This document shows, piece after piece, positions 8,264-15,486 of a DNA stretch of 26,157 nucleotides. A model generated the notes under the pieces. It did no database searches. It had not been told where the DNA came from and saw only the letters and a program-made list of their open reading frames with translations. A program made the position numbers and the translations under genes. Source of the stretch: a virus (lineage: Duplodnaviria > Caudoviricetes); IMG/VR virus record IMGVR_UViG_3300037424_000375, positions 1 through 26,157 of that record; one strand, 5' to 3'. How positions within the stretch are numbered: the stretch's first letter is position 1; every line of letters begins with the position of its first letter.

Positions 8264-8796
8264 AAGGTCTGAGTCTTTGGGAGCCCTGGGCCACCGCTGT
8301 GGCACTTGATCTGAAAGGATTTGAGACGCGGTCATGGGCCACGTCTTATCGGGGGCCGCTCCTGATCTGCGCCTCGAAGATAAGACCCCCGTTGATCAAA
8401 ATCATCCATCTGCTCGTTAAGGTCAGGCTTACTTTGAATGATTTGAATTATGGAAGGGCAGTCTGCATTGTGGACCTCGTTGATGTTTTAAAAACCGAAG
8501 ATATTGTCGTTTCGAACCTCGAAAGAGCATTTGGAGACTACACCCCTGGGCGGTATGCCTGGAAATTTGAGAATATCAGAAGATTCGCAAACCCTCCTTT
8601 GGTTCGGGGAGGGCGACGCCTTTTTGAGGTATCGGACTATTATGAGGGGCTTGAAACTTACGATTCAATCGATCCCAACCCACAGAGAGAGGGTCCGGTA
8701 GGATCGGGATCCATCCCGCGTGAGTCCGTGGAAGCGGGAGTTCAGGAGCCGGCCGAAGGTGGACAAGACGGATATCCGAAAGACCCCACGGTCTGA
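8260..8796 (+). CDS. ASCH domain protein
   Basis: 'LSLWEPWATAV...KGFETRSWATSYRGPLLICAS...GRYAWKF...P..VRG..RLF'. Confidence 0.9.
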   Translation: MKGLSLWEPWATAVALDLKGFETRSWATSYRGPLLICASKIRPPLIKIIHLLVKVRLTLNDLNYGRAVCIVDLVDVLKTEDIVVSNLERAFGDYTPGRYAWKFENIRRFANPPLVRGGRRLFEVSDYYEGLETYDSIDPNPQREGPVGSGSIPRESVEAGVQEPAEGGQDGYPKDPTV

Positions 8797-8860
8797 TGTA
8801 TGGCCGTGCAGACAGTGTGCCCCCGGTGAACCGGCAGCCGGGGGATTTTAAGGGGAGCCA

Positions 8861-9055
8861 ATGCAAACCGAGGTTAGTCTTTTGATTCTTAAGGGCGCGA
8901 TCAGCGAGATGTCCGAAACGGACCAGGACCGGGTCAGAGAATGCGCTGGCAAACTAAGGGAGACCGTAAAAGAGTATGGAGATAGGGGTTTGATTGCAAT
9001 GGCCCTGGTTGACATCGAGGTGACCCTCGAACAAGAGAAGGCGGAGAAAAAGTGA
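8861..9055 (+). CDS. Hypothetical protein
   Basis: GGGGAG RBS; GTGA overlap with the next gene. Confidence 0.6.
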   Translation: MQTEVSLLILKGAISEMSETDQDRVRECAGKLRETVKEYGDRGLIAMALVDIEVTLEQEKAEKK

Positions 9056-9555
9056 GCCCCGATCTTCAAACCAACCATTCATCAATCTCCGCAACTCAGG
9101 TGAGGCTCATTCACATTGGTATCGCGGAGCTGGGGATCGACGATGACACCTATCGCATGATGCTCGCGCGTTACGGGGTCGATACCTGTAAGGATTTACA
9201 GTATTCCCAGGCGTCGGCTTTCATTGATGACCTGGTAAAAAAAGGTTTCAAAATCAAACGGCGTTTGAGACCGCGGAGACCCAACAATCCGAAACTGGAG
9301 TATCTGCCCAACCATCAGCAGCTCTCAATCATCGAGCATCTCCGCCGCGACGTTCAGTGGCGGGTCCATGACGGCTATCACCGGTGGGTTGAGAAGTTCC
9401 TGGGCCGCACATACATCCGAACGTCACGCGAGGCGCAAAAAGTCATCGAGGCGCTCAAAGCGATGAAGAGCCGGCAGCAGCAGGAGTTTTTGAAAAGATG
9501 TAAGGAAGCGGATACTCGTAAGTACCCTGAGCCTGACGGGGAAATCAGACCATGA
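9052..9555 (+). CDS. gemA: Mu GemA (gp16, DUF1018) family protein
   Basis: 'LIHIGIAELGIDDDTYRMML...TCKDL...KKGF' and C-terminal 'AQKVIEALKAM'. Confidence 0.85.
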   Translation: MSPDLQTNHSSISATQVRLIHIGIAELGIDDDTYRMMLARYGVDTCKDLQYSQASAFIDDLVKKGFKIKRRLRPRRPNNPKLEYLPNHQQLSIIEHLRRDVQWRVHDGYHRWVEKFLGRTYIRTSREAQKVIEALKAMKSRQQQEFLKRCKEADTRKYPEPDGEIRP

Positions 9556-9719
9556 AGAGATACAAATTTAAAACGCACAAGCGCTACGGGAAAAGAGATG
9601 TCGTGATCCGGCAACCGAGAGTAGAGCGCCTTTGTTTGAAATGCGATTCTGATTTTATGGCAAAGGGCCGATTTAACCGGATCTGCCCGAAGTGTTCCAA
9701 TGTGATTTCAAATTATTGA
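9552..9719 (+). CDS. Small Zn-ribbon protein (55 aa, not in the ORF track)
   Basis: ATGA overlap with gemA; MKRYKFK...RLCLKCDSDFMAKGRFNRICPKC. Confidence 0.7.
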   Translation: MKRYKFKTHKRYGKRDVVIRQPRVERLCLKCDSDFMAKGRFNRICPKCSNVISNY

Positions 9720-9733
9720 AGCGGAGATTCAAG

Positions 9734-9982
9734 ATGGCAGCGTGTAAAAAGTGCGGGAAGAAGATCGACGGTGGGTCCCCCTGGTCGTTGAGATATCGGT
9801 ATAAATATTGTCTGGATTGCAACGATAAGATCGCCGAGTCCAGAGGCCAGCTGATCCGGTGCGGGAGAAAAGTCGAGGCTCAGCTGAAGGCCGCGGCGGA
9901 TGCGAGCGGAAATCCGAAAGTGTGGCGGGCGGGTGAGTATAGTCAAGATGAGTTGAGACGGCTTATCCCCAGCATGGAGTAG
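9734..9982 (+). CDS. Small Zn-ribbon protein
   Basis: GGAG RBS; CKKC...CLDC. Confidence 0.65.
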   Translation: MAACKKCGKKIDGGSPWSLRYRYKYCLDCNDKIAESRGQLIRCGRKVEAQLKAAADASGNPKVWRAGEYSQDELRRLIPSME

Positions 9983-9998
9983 GCAGAAAGCAGAATAA

Positions 9999-10166
9999 AT
10001 GACACTTGACCAGGCCAGAAAAATCTGTGAGGAAATCGTTAAAAAGTACGGACTGGAGTCGCATTCGGATTACCACGAGGGGCGAAAGGGTGACAGCGTC
10101 CTGATCTATCTGACGCTGAAATTCAAGATCGACAAAAATTCTCTTGACAGGAAAATATCAAAGTGA
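9999..10166 (+). CDS. Hypothetical protein (55 aa, not in the ORF track)
   Basis: MTLDQARKICEEIVKKYG...LKFKIDKNSLDRKISK fills the gap in the operon. Confidence 0.5.
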   Translation: MTLDQARKICEEIVKKYGLESHSDYHEGRKGDSVLIYLTLKFKIDKNSLDRKISK

Positions 10167-10172
10167 TATACG
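10144..10172 (+). promoter_or_regulatory. Sigma70-type promoter
   Basis: TTGACA (10144-10149), 17-bp spacer, TGn extension and TATACG (10167-10172). Confidence 0.65.
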
Positions 10173-10178
10173 GGAACA

Positions 10179-10328
10179 GTGAAAGCCAGCGATGGCAAAA
10201 AGGAGAACGTCATATTGATCAGGATGTCGAAGAAGGAGGCTCGGTTGATAAAAAAGCAGGCCGGGAGCCTTGGTCTATCGGTATCCGCCTACGTCAGGAT
10301 GCTGGTCAATTCGGAGGAAAAAAAGTGA
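10179..10328 (+). CDS. Ribbon-helix-helix (CopG/MobC-like) regulator, 49 aa, possibly leaderless
   Basis: MKASDGKKENVILIRMSKKEARLIKKQAGSLGLSVSAYVRMLV: beta strand-helix-G-x-S-x-S-x-Y-x-R pattern. Confidence 0.7.
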   Translation: MKASDGKKENVILIRMSKKEARLIKKQAGSLGLSVSAYVRMLVNSEEKK

Positions 10329-10386
10329 AATAATTTGATCCCCAAAATCTAATCGATAAGGACGAGGAATACTCGCAAGGACGAGG

Positions 10387-10449
10387 AAAACCCGACTTGT
10401 TCTGTCATCCTGAACCTATTTCAGGATCTCAGTTGAGTCGGGTTTTTTT
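10387..10449 (+). terminator. Intrinsic terminator ahead of the lysis genes, with a REP-like hairpin inserted in its loop
   Basis: AAAACCCGACT (10387-10397) pairs with AGTCGGGTTTT (10436-10446), ending in a T run; the loop holds TGTCATCCTGAACCTATTTCAGGATCTC. Confidence 0.7.
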
Positions 10450-10493
10450 ATGGCAAAACTGCAGCACCGCAATACGGAGAACAGCAGCACGCA

Positions 10494-11006
10494 ATGACCA
10501 TCATCAGCAGATGGACGCACATCATGATTCACCACTCGGCAACTGTCGACGGTCGCACGTTCGACTGGCAGGCCATCCGGCGGTATCAGATGTCCTGGAG
10601 GATCGACGGGGTCAGCGTAACGAAGGCGGAATATGATCGACGGCTTGCGATCAACGCAGGCAAAAGATTTGAGCCGCCCTGGGACGACATCAGTTACCAC
10701 TTCGGAGACGAAAAGGTCAACGACCACTATGAGATTCTCGTCGGACGCGATCTCGACCGGCAGGGCGCGCACTGTGTGGGCATGAATCAGAGGGCCATCG
10801 GGGTCTGCTTCATCGGGAACTTTGACGTAGCGCGGGTGCCTGCGGATCAGTGGGCAGCCGGGCTCCTTTTTGTGAGGAGCCTTTGCCGGATACTGTTGAT
10901 CCCGATCACGTGCGTGGTCGGACACCGCGACTATGCTAAGAAGACCTGTCCCGGGGAAATGTTTGACATGGATCTCTTCAGGAGAGATCTGGCGACAATT
11001 GCTTAG
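10494..11006 (+). CDS. Endolysin, N-acetylmuramoyl-L-alanine amidase (Amidase_2/PGRP type)
   Basis: 'IMIHHSA', 'DISYHF', 'GAHCVGMN...IGVCFIGNF', 'GHRDY.KKTCPG'. Confidence 0.92.
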   Translation: MTIISRWTHIMIHHSATVDGRTFDWQAIRRYQMSWRIDGVSVTKAEYDRRLAINAGKRFEPPWDDISYHFGDEKVNDHYEILVGRDLDRQGAHCVGMNQRAIGVCFIGNFDVARVPADQWAAGLLFVRSLCRILLIPITCVVGHRDYAKKTCPGEMFDMDLFRRDLATIA

Positions 11007-11019
11007 AGGGGGTTCTAAC

Positions 11020-11187
11020 ATGAAATTCGAAACGGTATTCGGGAACGACAAGAACTGGGTCATCATGGCCGTCTTCGGCCTGGGGATGTACGCGCTTTTT
11101 ATCCTGGGCGTGGAGGCGAAAGAGATCGTCACCAACGCCATCTCCGGCCTGATGGGCATCGCAGTGGGGCAGTCAATAACCAAATGA
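11020..11187 (+). CDS. Small two-TM membrane protein, putative holin
   Basis: 55 aa with two hydrophobic segments, directly after the amidase. Confidence 0.6.
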   Translation: MKFETVFGNDKNWVIMAVFGLGMYALFILGVEAKEIVTNAISGLMGIAVGQSITK

Positions 11188-11281
11188 AACGGAGACGCGG
11201 AGACGCGGTGACCCGGAGAAAAGAATCTCTGCGATCTTTTTTTGAAATCGCTGTAATCAGCGGAGCGGAGCGAAGCGAAGC

Positions 11282-11998
11282 ATGAGTATTCCCAAAAAGC
11301 TCGACAAAGCCCTGGCCAACTCTCCAATCATGGAGATCAACGAATCGTTCAAAGGGCTTTTCATCTCAGACCTACACATGGGAGTCGGAGACGACGCAGA
11401 CGATTTCGGACCGAACGCTGAGCTGTGCCTCTCGGTGCTCAGGCGGCACGTGGCGGAGGGCTACCGGGTCTTCCTTCTCGGGGACGGATACGAACTTTGG
11501 GAAAACCCAGGATATGAGGCCGTCCGGGAAACCTATTCTGAGCTTTGCAATCTCCTGACCTGGAGGGCCGACAGACTATCGGGCAATCACGATCAAGACC
11601 TTTTTCTGCCCCAGGCGTATGTCCTTCGCTACGGGAAAACCGGGCGGCGGATCCTGATCCTTCACGGCCACCAGGGAAATTTTTTCTGTGACGAAGGGTA
11701 TCCCCTCGGCAGGTTCTTCGTGAGAAACATCTGGCGAAATCTTCAGTTGATCGGCTTTCGGGATCCGACGACGGCCATGAAAGACAAAAATCCGAAAAAG
11801 CACGAAGGGACCAGGGCTGCTTTCCATGACTGGGCCACGTCAAGAAAAGAAACTGTGATTTTCGGCCACACGCATTTCCCGGAGAGCGACCCGCCGTACT
11901 ACTGGAACACCGGGAGCTGGGTCGGCGAGGGCGGCCACGGGGTTGTTGTAGAAGGCGATCAGATATCGCTGAAAACTTTTACGAAGGAGGGCACATGA
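11282..11998 (+). CDS. Calcineurin-like metallophosphoesterase (LpxH-like motif set)
   Basis: 'ISDLH', 'LGD', 'GNHD', 'HGH', 'GHTH', 'NTGSW'. Confidence 0.88.
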   Translation: MSIPKKLDKALANSPIMEINESFKGLFISDLHMGVGDDADDFGPNAELCLSVLRRHVAEGYRVFLLGDGYELWENPGYEAVRETYSELCNLLTWRADRLSGNHDQDLFLPQAYVLRYGKTGRRILILHGHQGNFFCDEGYPLGRFFVRNIWRNLQLIGFRDPTTAMKDKNPKKHEGTRAAFHDWATSRKETVIFGHTHFPESDPPYYWNTGSWVGEGGHGVVVEGDQISLKTFTKEGT

Positions 11999-12579
11999 TC
12001 ATGATGAAAACAAAAAAAGCTTTTTCGCTGGCGCAGTTGCTCCTGTTGATCCTTGTTCTAATAAGCCTGGTCGGATGTTCGGGCGTGCAGACACAGCCTA
12101 CCAAAACCTTCGACCAGCTCTCGCCTGACGAACAGGCGCGGGTCGTTCTCTCCGCCGTTCAGTATGGCTCTGATCCGCTTTTCGATATCGGCAAAAGCGT
12201 TTTTGTCGTCAAGCCGGAATACATGGCAGCGTGGAAACTGGGAGTCGTTCCGAGCTTCGATCAGGTCAATAAAATTCTGCTCGACCTCGAGACGAGGGGC
12301 TCTCAGGGGCAGCAGATCACCGGCGATGTCATCTTGCAGTCGGTCCAGGGCAGGATCGCGGAGATCATCTCAACCGTCACTCAATACGGGACGATCCGGA
12401 AGACTTCCGGGGCGAAGCCCACGTCCGAAGATTACGGTCTGGTCGCGGTGCTCGGGATCCCGACCGCCGTGGTCGTCTGGAATGATATCGTCGCGGCAAT
12501 GGCGGGACATATCCCGAGCTGGGAGATCATCCTGGCCCGAAACAAGGCGCTTCAGGCGAAGATCGACGCGGAGAAGTAA
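11995..12579 (+). CDS. Lipoprotein (possible spanin-role protein)
   Basis: AAGGAGG RBS; basic N-terminus, hydrophobic core and lipobox LVGC. Confidence 0.7.
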   Translation: MIMMKTKKAFSLAQLLLLILVLISLVGCSGVQTQPTKTFDQLSPDEQARVVLSAVQYGSDPLFDIGKSVFVVKPEYMAAWKLGVVPSFDQVNKILLDLETRGSQGQQITGDVILQSVQGRIAEIISTVTQYGTIRKTSGAKPTSEDYGLVAVLGIPTAVVVWNDIVAAMAGHIPSWEIILARNKALQAKIDAEK

Positions 12580-12903
12580 ATGGAAGAAGCCCTTCGAAAT
12601 CTTTTTTTTGATGCTTGCAGCAACGCCTTGCGGTGGGGACCGGGGCTGCTGATTGCCATCGTCATGCTCTTCGGGCTCTACAAACTGCTTCTCCGTATGG
12701 GCAAAGACGTGGGGATGAAGATCGTCACGGCATTGGAGAAGCCCGCAGCAGCGCTGAACCAGCAGGCCGCGTCGATGGATAAGCTGACCAATTCAATCCA
12801 GGACTACGTGGGCCGGGATCAGCTCGAACACAAGGAAATAATTCTATTGCTCAAAGTGATCTCCAATAAGGTCAATCGCATCGAGGCAAAGAGTGGATCC
12901 TAA
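12580..12903 (+). CDS. Membrane-anchored coiled-coil protein (position of Mu gp25)
   Basis: N-terminal TM helix and C-terminal coiled coil, just before the gp26-like gene. Confidence 0.6.
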   Translation: MEEALRNLFFDACSNALRWGPGLLIAIVMLFGLYKLLLRMGKDVGMKIVTALEKPAAALNQQAASMDKLTNSIQDYVGRDQLEHKEIILLLKVISNKVNRIEAKSGS

Positions 12904-13201
12904 AAAAGAACGGTATCGAAGAATAAGAGGGCTGATCCTGAAGCTTCTCGCCTGCGAGCATCCGGGGTCCATCGATTTGAAGGTGCTCCATTTCTCTCTC
13001 GACAACCTCGGCTATACCATTACCGAGGAAGAGATGCGGAGCCACCTCGATTATCTGGAGAAGAAAAAACCGGGCCTCATCAAAACGGAGAAGAAAAAGG
13101 CGGGCCGGGTCGAGATCGAGATTGCGACGATCACTCCGGACGGGCTCGACGTGCTCGACGAATTTCGGACCGATCCAGGCATCGACACGAAGGATCTGTA
13201 G
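12893..13201 (+). CDS. Mu gp26-like winged-helix protein
   Basis: 'RGLILKLL...HLDYLE..GLI...ATITPDGLDVL...PGI'. Confidence 0.75.
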   Translation: MDPKKERYRRIRGLILKLLACEHPGSIDLKVLHFSLDNLGYTITEEEMRSHLDYLEKKKPGLIKTEKKKAGRVEIEIATITPDGLDVLDEFRTDPGIDTKDL

Positions 13202-13204
13202 GAC

Positions 13205-13732
13205 ATGGCAAAAGGGGCCAAAGGCAAATCGGTATTTGCGGAATCGCGCGAGCTGGCTTTTCGTTGCTACCAAAAGTGCGGGGGCAACGTTGAAGCGACG
13301 CTTCGGGAGCTTGAGAAAGAGGGGCTTAAGCTCTCGAAGCCGACCTTCTATGACTGGATGGAGAAATTCAATTTCAGGGAGCGTTTGAAAGCCTGCGACG
13401 CCGTGGCCCAGGAAGCGAGCGACGCGAAGATGCAGTACCGCGAGAAGATCCTCCTGGATCTGAAGAAACAGAAGACCCGCTATGACAAATTCTTTGAGAG
13501 CCTTGCCGAGAATACGATCGATACGCAGGCGACCTATGCTTATAACTCGCTCTGCAAAACGATCTCCGACATTCAGCGCGATCTCGATTCAAAGCCGGAC
13601 CTGTATCGTATGGCGCCGCTTGTCATGGATGGGTTTGTTCAGTTCGTTAAGAAAGTGGTCAAGGAGCAGGGTTCGCAGGAATTGGTTTTCGGCCTGATCG
13701 ATCGATTCTTTGATGAAATAAAACCGCAGTAG
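13205..13732 (+). CDS. Putative terminase small subunit
   Basis: N-terminal HTH ('LSKPTFYDWMEK'); lies directly upstream of the large terminase. Confidence 0.65.
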   Translation: MAKGAKGKSVFAESRELAFRCYQKCGGNVEATLRELEKEGLKLSKPTFYDWMEKFNFRERLKACDAVAQEASDAKMQYREKILLDLKKQKTRYDKFFESLAENTIDTQATYAYNSLCKTISDIQRDLDSKPDLYRMAPLVMDGFVQFVKKVVKEQGSQELVFGLIDRFFDEIKPQ

Positions 13733-13764
13733 TCGCAGGCAGTAGTCGCAGGCTTTAGCCTGCG
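13729..13764. repeat. GTAG-type REP-like palindrome GTAGYCGCAGGCTTTAGCCTGCG (partial plus full copy)
   Basis: The same unit recurs at 22841-22863 and 24438-24460. Confidence 0.85.
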
Positions 13765-13786
13765 TTGAAACTGAAACGGTGAGATA

Positions 13787-15310
13787 GTGGCGAGCAAGAA
13801 AGAGATCCAACAATTAATCAATCGCGTCAGATCCAGGATGCGGGCCGAGGCAAAGCCCTTTGAGGATACTTCCCCCGAGGCCAGAGCCGAGAGGATCCGC
13901 CGCTCGAAGGAAGATGATTTTTATTTTTTCAAAACTTACCTCCCTCATTATTTTCCGACCGAGAGCGCCGAATTTCACGAAGAGGTTGTCGAGCTTTCGA
14001 AAATCCAGGACGAGCCGGTGATTATCGCCGCGCCCCGCGAGCACGCGAAATCGACGCTCTGCACCTTTGCCATTCCCGTCGCCGATATCTGTCTCGAGAG
14101 GAAGCACTTCATTATCATCGTTTCCGATACCGAGGACCTGGCCGCCGACTTCAACGTATTCATCCAGCTCGAGCTCCAGGAGAACGAGCGGATCCTCGCC
14201 GATTTCGGATACCTCAAAGGCTACAAGTGGGAAGCAAAAGACTTCACCACGAGAAATGGGATCCGGGTCAAGGCCCGGGGCCGTGGCCAGAGGGTCAGAG
14301 GGATTCGAAACCGCCAGTACCGGCCCGACCGCGTCATCATCGACGATTTCGAAAACGACAAGAACGTCAAGAACCCGAAGCTCATCAAGGAGGCCGTAGA
14401 CTGGATTCTCACCGCTGTGCTCGGATCTCTTGCCGAGGGATATTCCCTGATGATGATCGGCACCGTGCTCGCAAAGAAATCGGTGCTGACCTGGTTTCTC
14501 AATGCCAAAGACGAGAACGAGCAACCTCTCTATATCAGCCGCGTCTATAAGGCGATCAAAGACGACGGTACGCCGCTGTGGCCTGCGAAGTGGCCCATCG
14601 AGAGGCTTCTCAAAAAAAAGCGCCAGATCGGGACGCTCAATTTCAACCGCGAATTTCAAAACGACCCGAAGGACGAAGAGGGTGTCTTCCGTGAGGAGTG
14701 GATCCGATATTACACGCCGGAAGAGATCGCGGGAAAGGCGCTCGCGGTCTATGAGGCCATCGACCCATCGGTCGGGGCGAATGAATCTTCGGATTACCGC
14801 GCTTTCGTAAAGATCGGACGCGCGCGCGATGGCACGATCTATGTGCTTTCAGCCGACATCAAGAAGCGCTCCGTTGACTCGCTCGTTTCCACTGAATACA
14901 TCCGGCAGGCAGAGCAGCCTGCGATCATCATCCGTCTTGAGACGGTGGCATTTCAGGCGGTCTTGATGATCCTCTTCAACGCGGAGGCACAGACACGCGG
15001 GATTCATTTACCAATACAAGAAATCAAACACACGGTCAACAAGGAGACCCGGATCACCGGGCTCTCTCCTTTTGTCGAGCGCGGAGTGATCCGTTTCAGA
15101 AAAGGCCACTCCGATCAGGACCTCCTGGTCGAGCAATTGATTTATTTTCCGTCAACGACGGTGAATAATGATGGCCCCGATGGGCTTGAGATGTCGGTCT
15201 CCGCCGCCCAGCAATACGCCGGATGGCATGTCGAGCACAAATCCACCGGCAAAAGGGTCGGCCATGAGATGGGCGATTATCTCCCCGAGGGAGAGGCGGT
15301 GAATTATTAA
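13787..15310 (+). CDS. terL: Terminase large subunit
   Basis: Walker A 'APREHAKST', 'RG...RPDRVIIDDFEND', 'IGT' coupling motif, nuclease 'AIDPS' and 'NDGPDG'. Confidence 0.93.
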   Translation: MASKKEIQQLINRVRSRMRAEAKPFEDTSPEARAERIRRSKEDDFYFFKTYLPHYFPTESAEFHEEVVELSKIQDEPVIIAAPREHAKSTLCTFAIPVADICLERKHFIIIVSDTEDLAADFNVFIQLELQENERILADFGYLKGYKWEAKDFTTRNGIRVKARGRGQRVRGIRNRQYRPDRVIIDDFENDKNVKNPKLIKEAVDWILTAVLGSLAEGYSLMMIGTVLAKKSVLTWFLNAKDENEQPLYISRVYKAIKDDGTPLWPAKWPIERLLKKKRQIGTLNFNREFQNDPKDEEGVFREEWIRYYTPEEIAGKALAVYEAIDPSVGANESSDYRAFVKIGRARDGTIYVLSADIKKRSVDSLVSTEYIRQAEQPAIIIRLETVAFQAVLMILFNAEAQTRGIHLPIQEIKHTVNKETRITGLSPFVERGVIRFRKGHSDQDLLVEQLIYFPSTTVNNDGPDGLEMSVSAAQQYAGWHVEHKSTGKRVGHEMGDYLPEGEAVNY

Positions 15311-15486
15311 AAATCAAATTCAATTTGAAAAAATGGCACTCTTCAAGATTTTGCGTTCTAAGGGCATTAATTTCGGAAGGGGGTATCTAACCCCCAAACC
15401 CGTTGACAACCCTGTCAACCCTATGTCAACCCCGCGTAGGATTGAAATTTGAAAGGGGTCACCACCCGGAAAAGGGCATTTTAAAG

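Noticed and set aside
8790-8815. CTGATG near GAAA as a hammerhead ribozyme core
   Set aside because: The sequence is CTGATGT rather than CTGANGA, and the required stems could not be built.
15403-15486. TTG-start N-terminal extension of the portal
   Set aside because: No RBS, and it overlaps a repeat-rich non-coding-looking region; ATG 15487 is preferred.
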